A stretch of 64,000 bases of DNA from Octopus vulgaris (GCA_951406725.2 OX597816.1:163990001-164054000), one strand, 5' to 3'. Shown: positions 1 to 12,793, numbered from the stretch's first letter. The notes: generated by a model from the sequence alone, not told the origin. Numbers and translations: made by a program.

Positions 1-498
1 GCCTTTATCAGTATTTGTATTCGTAATGTGTATATCTGCGTGTGTGTAGATAGCCAGGTACAGATATATTCATACATATATGTATGCGTTATAGCTGTTA
101 TGTATATATATATCTATGTGTCTGTGTTTGTGTGTGTGTGTGTGTGTGTATAGAGTTATGTGTATGTACATTTATGTATATATGTGTGTGTGTATTTTTC
201 CAATAATAATAATAATTAGGGCTTGAGACGTTTGCTTTGCCTTAACGTTTGCTGTCCTGTTTAACAATTATATATATGTAGATATATGTATACATGTGTT
301 TGTGTATGTATAGTTATGTGTGTATGTATGTGTATATGCATAAATTTGTATTTATATATATATATGTGTTTTCAAGCATATATATATATGTGTGTGTGTT
401 TGTGTGTGTGTCCGTGTGTGGGTGTATATATGTATAAAGTTGTATATATATATATATGTGTATATGCATATATATATATATGTATATATATGTGAGTG

Positions 499-542
<44 letters not shown>

Positions 543-572
543 CAGTTGTGTATATATGTATGTGTATATGCA

Positions 573-605
<33 letters not shown>

Positions 606-862
606 GTGTGTATGTATATAGTCATGCGTTTGTATGGATGTGTATATACATATATGTGTATATATATATGTGTGTGTGGGTGTATGTCTGTATAGTTATG
701 TGTATATATATGTATGTATGCATATATATATGTATATATATATGTGTGTGTATGTATGTAGACAGTTATGTGTATATGTATGTGAATATGCATATTTATG
801 TATATATATATATATATGTGTGTGTATGTGTGTGTATCTATACAGTTATGAGTACATATATA

Positions 863-898
<36 letters not shown>

Positions 899-1060
899 TG
901 TATGTGTATATATGTATATATGTATGTATGTGTATATATGTGTATATGTATGCATGTATATATGTATATGTACATGCACACACGAGATGAGTCAGAAAAT
1001 AATGCAAACAGTATTTGCCATCTGACAGGCATAAATACACACATGCATACAAATATATGA

Positions 1061-1113
<53 letters not shown>

Positions 1114-1230
1114 CACATGTGTGTGTGTGTGTACATATGTATGTACGTATGTATTTATGTTGTATGTATAACAGTGTAATACTTTATATTGGAAGATCTG
1201 CTTTACACTTCTGTATTTCATACACATACA
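1..1230. repeat. Compound (TA)n/(TG)n/(TATG)n low-complexity tract
   Basis: Seen directly; contains recurrent TAGTTATGTG/CAGTTATG anchors. All ORFs here are YI/CV/HT low-complexity translations. Confidence 0.95.
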
Positions 1231-1397
1231 ATTAAATACATATTGTAGATGTCCGGCATGTTTATAGACACTCTAGAGTTCATTGGCATTTAATGTACAA
1301 CTGAAGCACGCGCGCACACACACACACATATACACACACACACAAGTACACACACACATACCTACTTACATTCACACACATACTCTCTTGCATATAT

Positions 1398-1612
1398 ATT
1401 TCTTTACTGCCCACAAGAGGCTAAACATAGAGGGGACACACAAGGACAGACAAAGGGATTAAGTCGATTACATCGACTCCAGTGCGAAACTGGTACTTTG
1501 TTTATCGACCCCGAAAGGATGAAAGGCAAAGTTGACCTCGGCGGAATTTGAACGTAACGATAGACGAAATACCGCTAAGCATTTCGCCCGGCGTGCTAAC
1601 GTTTCTGCCAGC
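1398..1612 (-). mobile_element. SINE family B (tRNA-like head; central GCCTTTCATCCTTTCGGGGTCGATAAA block)
   Basis: Near-identical to 30603-30833, with partial copies at 42190-42470 and 47435-47820. The minus strand has a B-box-like GTTCAAATTCC. Confidence 0.85.
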
Positions 1613-1649
1613 ATGTATATATATGTGTGTGTGTGTGCATATATACATT

Positions 1650-2027
1650 ATTTTATTCTTTTAATTGTTTCGGTCATTTGACTGCGACCATGCTGGAGCA
1701 CCGACTTCGGTCGAACGAATCGACCCCGGAATATATTCTTTGTATGCCTAGTACTTATCCTATCGATCTATTTAGCCGAAACGCTCAGTTACAGGGACGT
1801 AAACACACCAACATCGGTTGTCAGACAATGGTGGGGGAGTAACACGCACAAATAAATACACACACATACACACATATACGTCGGGCTTCATTCAGTTTCC
1901 GTCTACCAAATCCACTCACAAATCCTTGGTCGGCCCGAAGATATAGTAGGAGACACTTGCCCAAGGTGCCACACAGTGGGACGGAACCCGGCGCCATGTG
2001 GTTGGTAAGCAAGCTACTTACCACACA
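1650..2027 (-). mobile_element. SINE family A (tRNA-derived, CORE-like CACCTTGGGCAAGTG block, internal microsatellite)
   Basis: Aligns by eye with the full copies at 8138, 15152, 22244, 41267, 48997 and 61302. Confidence 0.9.
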
Positions 2028-2032
2028 CTTCA

Positions 2033-2089
2033 GGCCGACCATAGCCTTGGGAGTGGATTTGGGAGACGAAAACTGAAAGAAACCCGTTG

Positions 2090-2128
<39 letters not shown>

Positions 2129-2129
2129 T

Positions 2130-2185
<56 letters not shown>

Positions 2186-2395
2186 TGTGTCTGCGTCTGT
2201 GTTTGTCCCACACACGCACTGACAATCCCTTGAGAACCGATGTTGGTGAGTTTACCTCCCCGTAACTAAGCGGTTCGGCAAAAGAAACCAATAAATTAGG
2301 TACTAGGCTTACACAGAATAAGTGCTATGGTCGACTTCTTTGACTAAAGGCGCTGCTTCAGCATGGCCGCAGTCAAATGCCTGAAACAAAAGAAT
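2033..2395 (+). mobile_element. SINE family A, 5'-truncated, head-to-head with the preceding copy
   Basis: GGCCGACC...GAAACTGAAAGAA-(TA)(TG)n-...CAGCATGGCCGCAGTCAAATG. Confidence 0.9.
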
Positions 2396-2404
2396 ATGTA
2401 TATA

Positions 2405-2534
2405 TATCAGCCGAAATTACTACGATGATCCGGTTCTTGACTGAAGACTGAGGGTTTCGAATGTCCTGTCCGTGTTTATTGTATCGTCTTCTATGAGTTA
2501 TACGTTCTTGTCCATGTTGTATTTTTCTACATAC

Positions 2535-2535
<1 letters not shown>
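2405..2535 (+). repeat. Short interspersed repeat D (second, longer copy at 56292-56580 on the minus strand)
   Basis: CAGCCGAAATT...ATCCGGTTC.TGACTGAAGA...TTGTATCGTCT...CGTTCTTGTCC is shared with the reverse complement of 56292-56450. Both copies end in (TA)n. Confidence 0.7.
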
Positions 2536-2576
<41 letters not shown>

Positions 2577-2830
2577 AGCACACATTCAACATTTAACATC
2601 ACAAACTCGCGCATATGCATACTTGCATACATACATACGCACAATCATGTCGTTTCACGTGTCTCATGGCTTTTGACTACGGCCATGCTAGAGCAAAGTC
2701 GTAGGTGTTTTTCACTTGACAATAAAAACAACCGACAAAAGAATCCATTTCTGTGTGAGAGATTCTTAATATATCGATCACTATTTTATCGATTCTTGTA
2801 ATCGATGATATTGTGTTGAAGATGTTAAGT

Positions 2831-2869
<39 letters not shown>

Positions 2870-3261
2870 ACATGCGAGTGTATGTAACTATGTGATGGAC
2901 ATAGGGCGGTTTTAACAGACAGGATTAAAATCTCACGGGGGCGATGATGGATCGAACGCCGTTGCATAAACAACAAAACAACGATATAGATCCCCATGGA
3001 TCCCCTGAACCCATGGAGCCAACGGGCACCTGCCCGACGTGCCCATGTCTTGAGACGAGAAAGGATGAACCCACAAAAACTTGTATGTGTGCGAATGGTT
3101 ATATGAACCCATCCCGTCGTGTTGGGATTTGGTTTGCAAGATTCTTTACGTGAATTCGTGTGCACCTGTCGCATTATACACACACACAGATTCATAATAT
3201 TATTTATGTTTCGCTGTTTACATCACCAAACCTATATATACATACCTGTATACATATATAA

Positions 3262-3495
3262 GAATATGCATACCAATCGAAGGAGAGGGGTTTTCTCCGT
3301 CCGGGTTGCGGATCCGTGGAATAAGCTGCCGGACGAGATAGTGAAGATGCCGACGACCGCTCGATTCAAAGTCTCCCTTGACCACAAATGGCCTGAACTC
3401 TTTGAATGAACACCACTCTGTACATAACTCCATGTCCCCCTACATGGCCTTGCTTTTTGTTTTTTGAGCCAAAAAATTAACTTAACTTAACTTAT
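3262..3495 (+). mobile_element. CR1-clade LINE 3' end (ORF2 C-terminus, 3'UTR, (TTAAC)n tail)
   Basis: RRRGVFSVRVADPWNKLPDEIVKMPTTARFKVSLD matches the CR1 ORF2 C-terminal motif RxxFFSxRVxxxWNxLPxxVV...FKxxLD. Confidence 0.8.
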
Positions 3496-3699
3496 ATATA
3501 CACACATGTTGAGAGAGAGAGAGAAACACATACATACATGCATACATACATACGTACGTACATACATGCATACATACATACGTACGTACATACATACATA
3601 CATACATACATACATACATACATACATACATACATACATACATACATACATACATACATACATACGTACGTACGTACGTACGTACGTATATACATAAGC

Positions 3700-4205
3700 G
3701 CAACAGACTTGATATAAGGATTTGATGTAAGCACAACTGACCTAGTATAATGATTTGGGATAGAGAAGGGAATCTGTGCACAGTTGTGGAAATTAGCTGC
3801 CCAGCAGATGTTAATATAAAGCTCAGTGGAAATGAGAATACCTACGCTGAACTATTGAGAAATCTGCAGTTACTCTATCCAGATTACAAGTTCGGGTTTA
3901 TACCTGTAATTATTGGGGCTCTGGGATATGTAACACACTGCCTAAATACTAATCTTGAGAAATTAGTCTTCTCAAAAGCAGAAAGGAGAAAGCTAATTCG
4001 AAGACTACAGATCCAATCCATCACTGGAACTGTAAAAATCTGTAAAACTTTCCAGAAGTTTAGCATTTAAATATATATGAGCATGTCTAGATATGTAGCT
4101 ATATGCATGAAAATACATACATAAAGCAAAACATACTAATTCCAATGAAGGTACCCTGGAGCAATGAAGGTACCTTGGCAAAAAGTTTTGAAATAAAGCT
4201 TGAAA
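3700..4205 (+). mobile_element. R4/Dong-like non-LTR retrotransposon 3' fragment (restriction-like endonuclease domain)
   Basis: CKHN*PSIMIWDRE..CTVVEISCPADVN...YAELLRNLQLLYPDYKFGFIPVIIGALG resembles the HNRPDI...IPIVIGALG RLE C-terminus. Confidence 0.8.
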
Positions 4206-4819
4206 TAAATGACATGCATACGTACCTATATACATATATACATACATATATACATATATACACACATATATTCATACATTCATACATACACACCCTCACA
4301 TATATATAGACAGATAGATATACATAGATAAGCATACATACAGATTCTTCCATTGATGTACGTATAATACATACACGTGTGTGTGTATGAGTGTGTGTGT
4401 ATAAGTGTGTGTGTAGGCATACATACATGTATACATCAACGTATAAGCATTCACGCACAAACAGATCTCATATATTCATGCGCATACTTGCATACATCAC
4501 ATACATACTGATATACACACATTGAGATATACACACCGTGAGACTATATACTTTGTCACGCGAGGGGTTTGTGTATAAACCAAAAGAAAAACAAAAAAAA
4601 AGGAAAAAAAATACGAAGTTATCTGATCAACACGTGACAATAATAGACAAGAAGTATTTAAACTGACACAGACTAGGTTCGAACCAGGATCAAGGAAGCT
4701 GTGATAGGTTTCCAGCCACACTGACTGCGATTATACATAAACACAATAACAGCGAATGAATTGGAAATGCGGGGTGTTGTGTGTATAGGTGAGCGTGTGA
4801 GGAATATATATATATATAG

Positions 4820-4882
<63 letters not shown>

Positions 4883-4947
4883 TAGATAAATAGATGTGTG
4901 TATTTTCCCCTTGTTTATAATTAACACAGAAAAATGTGTGTGTGTAT

Positions 4948-5240
4948 ACCTTGGACAAGTGTCTTCTACTATAACCTCAGGCCAAGTGAAGCCTTTTAGT
5001 AGATGGAAACTGAAAGAAGCCCGTAATGTGTATATATATTTGTTTGCTTGTGTTTGTCCCCTACATCACTTGACAACTTGTGTTGATGTGTTTACATCAC
5101 CGTAACTTATCGTTCGGCAAGAGAGACCGATAGAATAAGTACTAGGCTTACAAAGTATAAGTCCTGGGGTCGACTTGTTCGAGTAAAAAGCGGGGCTCCA
5201 ATATGGCCGCTGCGAAATGACTGAAACAAATAAATGAATA
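4948..5240 (+). mobile_element. SINE family A, 5'-truncated and diverged
   Basis: CCTTGGACAAGTGTCTTCTACTATA ... GAGACCGATAGAATAAGTACTAGGC ... ATGACTGAAAC. Confidence 0.85.
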
Positions 5241-5836
5241 AAGGAATATATGTACATACATATGTATACACACGAATATATGTGTGTGTGTGTGTATATA
5301 TATATGTATGCATATATATATGTATGTATGTATGTATGTATATATGTATGTGTATATATACATGTGTATGTGAGTGTAAAAATAGAACGAAAGTGAGAAA
5401 GAGAGCGAGAGAGAGGGTGGAAGTAAATAGATATAAAGACAGACAGACAGACAGATAAACTATTTGTATATATATATTGCGTGTGAATGTCTGGAGACAC
5501 AGATAGACAGGTGGCTATATGCTCACAGGCACAAAGGACTATATACGTATAAATATGCATATATATATATAAATTTAAAAGGTACATACATGGCGTAGAT
5601 TTCTGTTGAATTTTCTATCACAGAAATACATATACACACATGTTTGTATACATATATATATATATATATATATACACACATGCAAGTAACTTCATAAAAT
5701 AAACACGCACGTAGCACATAGATCCGAGATGCATATATCATACATAAGTCCATATACATGCGTATGCGTGTGTATATGCACATATTTTTGCTTGTATATG
5801 TATGAGCTTGTCTTACATATCTATATGTATGATTGT

Positions 5837-5874
<38 letters not shown>

Positions 5875-6446
5875 CATACATACGCATATACACACACATA
5901 TATATATGAATAGAATATAGAAACGTTTTGATATAAATATTGATTTTTAAGCGATATTCATATGGTATAACGCATGGTATCGCATACTTTATTCACATTC
6001 ATATAAACACACACACTCACAAACACACACACACATTCACATATATACACATATATACAAACGTACTCACACACGCCGCTCGTAGAATGCACAGCTTATA
6101 TATCACAGCCGTAGAACGTATACATTCAGGCCTACACGTTTCCAGGCAGCCACTTAATGTATACCTTGACACACATATACATACATGCGCGTTTAAATAC
6201 ATACATGCGTACATTCATACAGTCATACAAGCAATCATTCCTAAACGCACACATTTACCCATACTATCATTCCTATATGCATACATATATGCTTATATCC
6301 ATGCTTGTATACAAGCAAAAAAATGCACGTACGTACTAAATATACAATATATATTCACACATACACACACATACAAATATTTATATATATATATACATTT
6401 GTGTATGTGTAAATATACATATAAATACATATATATATATATTTAT

Positions 6447-6600
6447 AGTTGAAAGTTATGACAAAACAAAAGATGAAGTCAGGTGTATGAACAACAGGCA
6501 AGTGTATTAGTTTGACGAAAGAAAGTCTTTACGTTTCGAGCCTACGCTCTTCAACAGAAACGAATAGAAAAATAAACGCATAGAGTTCAGTGGTCCAACA
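6447..6600 (-). mobile_element. Repeat family E copy 1 (Penelope-related non-coding element with hammerhead-like motif)
   Basis: GTATTAGT...AAAGTCTTTACGTTTCGAGCCTACGCTCTTCAACAGAAA is shared with the copies at 20218, 43828 and 55671. Confidence 0.75.
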
Positions 6601-6656
6601 TCAGATGCATACATAAGGAAAGATAGGAAAGATAGGTATATATGTATACACCAATA

Positions 6657-6832
6657 TATATATAATATATGGTGATATTATGGAATGAAGTTCATCAATT
6701 TTATTTAAAATGGGGGAGAGAAGTTGTCAAAATTTAGAAGATTAAACTTCTTAACAACTTGTCTCCTCCATTTTTAATAAAATTGATAGGATACATGGAA
6801 CTGCATTCCATAAATACATCATACATTATATA
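6657..6832. repeat. Imperfect ~175-bp palindrome / foldback
   Basis: ATGGAATGAAGTTC..ATCAATTTTATTTAAAATGGGGGAGAGAAGTTGT pairs with ACAACTTGTCTCCTCCATTTTTAATAAAATTGAT..GAACTGCATTCCAT. Confidence 0.8.
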
Positions 6833-7055
6833 CAAGTACTACTTTCATATCTTCGCAAATTTACGCCTGTAAACTACCAGCAAACTATGAAGAATCAGCA
6901 TTAGAAATCTTTTTTTTTAATAAACCTCTAATTAAAGGACGAATCAGCATTCAACCTTTATACACCTATATATATATATGAGACATTTAATTCCCAATAA
7001 AGAGTACAAATAAAGAATAAACTAAAGAAATTAAGTGACAATGAAAGAACAAAGG

Positions 7056-7244
7056 TTATGTAATGAACAATCATTAGCTTACAGTTGTTTCCGCTGTAGG
7101 ATGCAATGCGCTCATTGGGAAGTGCTTCAGTATCGTATCACCTTATAGATTCCTACAACGAACGTATAGGGTGATAAACAGGCACTCAACTGTGAGTGCA
7201 TTGCAGGAGAAACAGATGTAAGCCAAGGGATTTCATTACATAAT
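7056..7244. repeat. Imperfect ~190-bp palindrome with decayed hammerhead-like motifs in both arms
   Basis: TTATGTAATGAA..TGCAATGCGCTCA..TATCACCTTATA versus TATAGGGTGATA..TGAGTGCATTGCA..TTCATTACATAA. Confidence 0.75.
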
Positions 7245-7319
7245 TTCTAGTTACCTTGTCTTTTATATAATCTCCTAGATAGGTTCGTATGTATGTTTCT
7301 CACTCTCACTCTTTCTCTC

Positions 7320-7394
<75 letters not shown>

Positions 7395-7422
7395 TTAGAA
7401 TAAATCAAAACCGTCATACACA

Positions 7423-7458
<36 letters not shown>

Positions 7459-7742
7459 TGTATGACGGTTTTGATTTATTCTAAATCTATATTTATTATT
7501 GAGCATTATTTTCTCAGTTTTTGGTAACCTAAATTTCTTAAACGGGTGTATATAATGATTGTGAGCATGAATATGAACGTCTGTATGTGTAAGTGAATAC
7601 ACACACACACACACACACACATACACACACAAATATAAATATACATATATATATAAATATATACATATACATAAATATATATATATAAAATAGACATACA
7701 TATATAAATATATATATAAATATGCGTATATATATATATGTA

Positions 7743-7778
<36 letters not shown>

Positions 7779-8137
7779 TATATATAGATATACATACATA
7801 CATACATACATACATACATACATACAAACGTAACACATATATGCTAGTTATAGGGTCAACGATAACGTTTCGGAACTAGTCTTTCTTCAGATAGTGGAGG
7901 AAGTCGAATAGAGAACGGAAGAGAGAGAAAGAAGAGGAGAATAGAAGATGAAAAAGAAGAAAGCCGGGGGGGGGGGAACACACGTGTGTGTTTGTTTCAT
8001 AAGTTTGACCCCCAGATTGATGACGAGAGATGCAGACAGAGGAATAACGATAATATGCAAACTCATATCTATATGTAATGCAAATACATTCGTATATACG
8101 TATTTATCTGCGATTGTAGAAATAGAAATGGTAAATA

Positions 8138-8303
8138 GGAGCAGGAGTGGCTGTATGGTAAGTAGCTTGCTAACCAACCACATGGTTCCGGGTTCAGTCC
8201 CACTGCGTGGCATCTTGGGCAAGTGTCTTCTGCTATAGCCCCGGGGCCGACCAAAGCCTTGTGAGTGGATTTGGTAGACAGAAACTGAAAGAAGCCTGTC
8301 GTA

Positions 8304-8355
<52 letters not shown>

Positions 8356-8587
8356 TGTGTGTGTATATGTTTGTGTGTCTGTGTTTGTCCCCCTAGCATT
8401 GCTTGAAAACCGATGCTGGTGTGTTTACGTCCCCATCACTTAGCGGTTCGGCAAAAGAGACCGATAGAATAAGTACTGGGCTTACAAAAGAATAAGTCCC
8501 GGGGTCGATTTGCTCGACTAAAAGGCGGTGCTCCAGCATGGCCGCAGTCAAAATGACTGAAACAAGTAAAAGAGTAAAAGAGTAAAA
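8138..8587 (+). mobile_element. SINE family A, full length
   Basis: tRNA-like head with A-box-like TGGCTGTATGGT and B-box-like GGTTCAGTCCC, CORE-like block, (TA)n insert and (GTAAAAGA)n tail. Confidence 0.92.
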
Positions 8588-8999
8588 CGAGTATGTGTCT
8601 ATGTGTATGTGTGAGCGCGGGAGTGCATTGATCGTTTGAAATCGATTCTCTGAAATCCAAGACGTTTCTGATATTATCAATAAATTCTCGTCGAATACAT
8701 ATACATCACCACCACACCCTACATGTCACCGTATATCGTCACGCCGTGTTGGTCCGCCTTTATGATGCTCACACATACACACGCACACATACATACATAC
8801 ATACATGCACACACGCATATATACGTATCTATGTCAGTGTGTGTGTGTGTGTGTGTGTGTACTGCCTCGTATTTCAATATCACGCAATTTATTTCTCCAA
8901 TGTCATGTCTTCTTTTGTCTGTCTTCAAGTTCTTCTCTCATTCTCTCTCTCTCTCTCATATACGGACACGCCCTAGCTTTCTATCTATCTTTCGATCAG

Positions 9000-9162
<163 letters not shown>

Positions 9163-9321
9163 ATCTATCTATTTATCTGTCTGTGTCTCTGTCTATTTCT
9201 GTGTGCGTGTGTAAGTATATATATAGAAATGTACGTATGTATATGTGTATGTGTGTGTATGTGTATACGTGTATGTATGCATATGTGTATATATGTATAT
9301 GTGTATATATATGTACGTATA

Positions 9322-9364
<43 letters not shown>

Positions 9365-9606
9365 TTGTGTGTATATATATATATTTATACGTGTATATGT
9401 AGATATATATCTGTATATGTAGATATATATGTATTAATGTATATGTATATATGCATATATATGCATATGTATGTATACATATATATGTATATGTGTATGC
9501 GTGCATATATATGAATATGTATGTATGAGTGTGTATATATATATGCATATATATATATGCATGTGTATATATATGTATATATATATATATACACACATAA
9601 GAATAA

Positions 9607-9644
<38 letters not shown>

Positions 9645-9660
9645 TTTTTTTTATATATAT

Positions 9661-10522
9661 CTAGTTTCAGCTCACGAGCTGTGGCCATGCTGGGGCACCG
9701 CCGGTTGGTGTTGATACATAATTTTACTTCACGAATGCTTTTTAGGTATTGACATTTGGTGCATAAGGGAGTTTGATGCCGCTACCCTCATCTGCATCTC
9801 CTGCCGCGAAGTCGGATTATCTCGGACACTTGACAGTGAGCGGTCCAGCTTTATTTTGAAGACACCTACCTCCACCCCATGGAGGTCTCTCAGGTCCTTC
9901 GGGAGGATATTAAAGGGCTATGGACCTCTGAAGCCCAGGCGATTGCAGTATCTTGTCCTATATCTTGATGGCAAATTTGGAGTTCATGGCACTATGCAGT
10001 GGCGCCCAGTTCTAGTATCTGCGTAACTCTCGATGCCAAAGTTTGGGGCAAGTCCTTCCAGGATGTTCCATATTCTATGGCATACCTTTCTCGCCTACGC
10101 TCTAAGGAATAGAGTCTTAATCTCTTTCCCAGTAGCTTATATGCTGCACAGGGGCTATCATTTTCGTGTAGCTTTGTTTGATTGCCTCAAGTTCTGAGAT
10201 TAATTTGACACTGGTTGGTGACATAGCCGAGAGCAATAGTGAAAATGGCTTAGGACAAGTGTCCTCCAGAGGACCATCATGGTTTCCTGATTTTTTGTTT
10301 TAAAAGTTCTAAGAATCCATCCGGTAAGCCGCCTGCATTTCATTGCCAATTTAGCAACATGCACATGGAAGGAGGCATCATTACTCATGTAAATACCCAG
10401 GTCTCGCACTGAGTGTTCCTCTGGGATTGCAATCCCTCCAGGTCCACAGTATTTAATGGATATTGCATTTAGTTGTGCATGCTGATAGCATAAAGCTTGA
10501 AACTTTTCAGCATTAAACTGTA
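9661..10522 (-). mobile_element. CR1/L2-group LINE, 3' part of ORF2 and 3'UTR (decayed)
   Basis: QFNAEKFQAL...SVRDLGIYMSNDASFHVHV...WILRTF...LWRTLVLSHFHYCS; homologous to 18496-19674. Confidence 0.9.
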
Positions 10523-10578
<56 letters not shown>

Positions 10579-10579
<1 letters not shown>

Positions 10580-11702
10580 TACTACTTGACCGTCCAAAAT
10601 CGCAGTTAAACCTTTGGGTGTTGAGAGTCATCTTTGCTTATTTCTCATCCCCCTTAGTGCCACCCTCTGTACAAAATTGATCAGCGTGTCAAATCTCAGC
10701 AAAATCCGAAGAAAAGTTTTAAGGTTATGCCATAAAATAGAATCCATGCGGCCATTTACAGGAAAATATCCCATTGACTTAAATCCCAATACATTATATA
10801 ATTGATGTTTCATATGTCGAGCTGCTTAATTTTACTCAGGGGTCAATTGTCTTCAAAATCAGTTCATTATTTTATTGTGAGTGAATTTTGACGATAATTT
10901 TTTCAATTATTTAATTTTAATTCTACTACATGACTCCGACCATAAACTTTACTTCAATGTCAAATTTCCTCAAAATCGGATGAATTCTGTAAAAGGTACA
11001 GCATAAAAGATTAATCTTATGGATAATTGCATACAAAAAGCCTATTGATTTCTTAAAATCCCTTGCTCACGCGCAATTATCGACGCACAGTTTTTGTCAA
11101 CTCTTCATGCTGGCATCAACTAGTGGACATGAACTGTAATCAAGTGTAAAATTTCTAAAAATCTATAAGTATGTCTCCAAGGAGAAATTTTATTTGCATT
11201 TGTGCCCATTTCAAGCCCTTTTGAATTAAATAGTTACCTTTACCGTCTCCCCCACCATGAAATTTCATTAAAATCCGATAAAAATATAAAAGTTACGGCC
11301 TAAAATATAATCCTTATAGGTATTCGCACGAGAAAAGCTTATTGATTTTATAAAAACACTGCTCAGGCGCAATTATCAAATTTTTTTTGCCAACGCCATA
11401 TACTGACATCAACTCACTGCCATGAGCCTCGCTCACTCATCGAATTTTATCTAAATCGGACAAAAAAGGCAAAAGCTGCAAGAAAAATAACATCGTTATG
11501 GGAATTTCCATTCAAACGCCTGATTGAGCTCACAAAAATCGATGCCAACTGAGCATTATCTAGTTTTCAAAAAATTCCGGCCTTATTTGAACTTCAGAGC
11601 ATGTGATCTACCTATGTACCAAAAATCATTAAAATCGGTTGGAAGAGTTAGAGTAACCCAAACCCACGCACACAGAGACACCATTACACATATTTATATA
11701 GA
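10579..11702 (-). mobile_element. Non-autonomous Helitron-like element with internal diverged tandem units
   Basis: The minus strand starts A|TCTATATAAAT, and its CAACCGATTTTAATGATTTTTGGTAC core resembles the 14581 Helitron. AAATTTC..AAAATC(C/G)G units recur near 10690, 10960, 11145, 11260, 11445 and 11625. The 3' CTAG is not intact. Confidence 0.55.
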
Positions 11703-11785
11703 TATATACAGTTATATATATTTGAATACATATATATGAATATATATGTATATTACGTATAATATATGTGTGTGTATATGTATGT

Positions 11786-11847
<62 letters not shown>

Positions 11848-11865
11848 GTATATATGTGTGTGTGT

Positions 11866-12407
11866 ATCGTCTGCGTAGCTAGCAAGGATGGCTTTCCGGG
11901 CAGCTGAAAGCATATCAGAGAGGGCTACTTTGAAAAGCAGTGGTTCCAAGACAGTACCCTATGGAACACCGCTCACCATTTGTGTTTCCTTTGAGGTGAC
12001 TCCATTGGCTACCACCGCCTGACTTCTGTCTTTCAGAAAATCACGTAACCATTCTCCAATTTTCGCAGCTATGCCGAGATCACGCAGTTTATAGCATATC
12101 ATACCATGATCCTCTTTATCAAAAGTTTTTGCAAAGTCAATGTATACTATGTCCACATTTGAGTTGTCGAGTAACTCCTTCAGTACCCCGTCATAGTGTT
12201 GGAGCTGGGTCAGGCAGCTCCTATATTTCGGGCAGTCCTGTCTGAGGATCTCTTTTTGGATCGATTTTCAGTCTGCTTTGTGGAAATCCATGTTGGAGAG
12301 ATTTTGGATACTTCTTTTAGGCTGTATTTCTTTGGCTACGTTTTGTCCATACATAGACTGCTTCATTATTTTGTGATCAGAAACTAATGTCAGCGTCACT
12401 TTCACAT
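11866..12407 (-). mobile_element. CR1/L2-group LINE RT core fragment
   Basis: DIVYIDFAKTFDKEDHG...WLRDFLKDRSQAVVANG...SGVP*GTVLEPLLF...LASYADDT (RT domains 3-5). Confidence 0.9.
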
Positions 12408-12421
12408 TATGAACGTTGGCC

Positions 12422-12793
12422 TAGTGGGTAGGGCAGCGGACTCGCGGTCATAGGATCGCGGTTTCGATTCCCAGACCGGGCGTTGTGAGTGTTTATTGAG
12501 CGAAAACACCTAAAGCCTCACAAGGCTCCTGCAGGGACTGGTGGTGAACCCTGCTGTACTCTTTCACCACAACTTTCTCTCACTCTTTCTTCCTGTTTCT
12601 CTTGTACCTGTATTTCAAAGGGCCAGCCTTGTCACATTCTGTGTGTCACGCTGAATCTCCTCGAGAATTACGTTAAGGGTACACGTGTCTGTGGAGTGCT
12701 CAGCCACTTTCACGTTAATATCACGAGCAAGCTGTTCCGTTGATCGTATCAGCTGGGACCCTCATCGTCGCAACCGACGGAGTGCTCCTATCC
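12422..12793 (+). mobile_element. SINE family C (tRNA-derived) with 14-bp TSD
   Basis: GGTTTCGATTCCC B-box; flanked by TATGAACGTTGGCC at 12408-12421 and 12794-12807. Head shared with 39337 and 54697, tail shared with 59996. Confidence 0.9.

Noticed and set aside
286-1227. Long ORFs of YI/HT/CV dipeptides, here and throughout the window
   Set aside because: Translations of dinucleotide and tetranucleotide microsatellites that happen to lack stops; no protein signal.
2944-3153. 69-aa Cys/Pro-containing ORF
   Set aside because: No recognisable domain or splice support; the GGGCAC..GTGCCC motif looks more like a DNA-transposon remnant.
7887-8680. Recurrent ORFs such as [24 protein letters not shown] that look like a gene family
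   Set aside because: Antisense translations of SINE family A.
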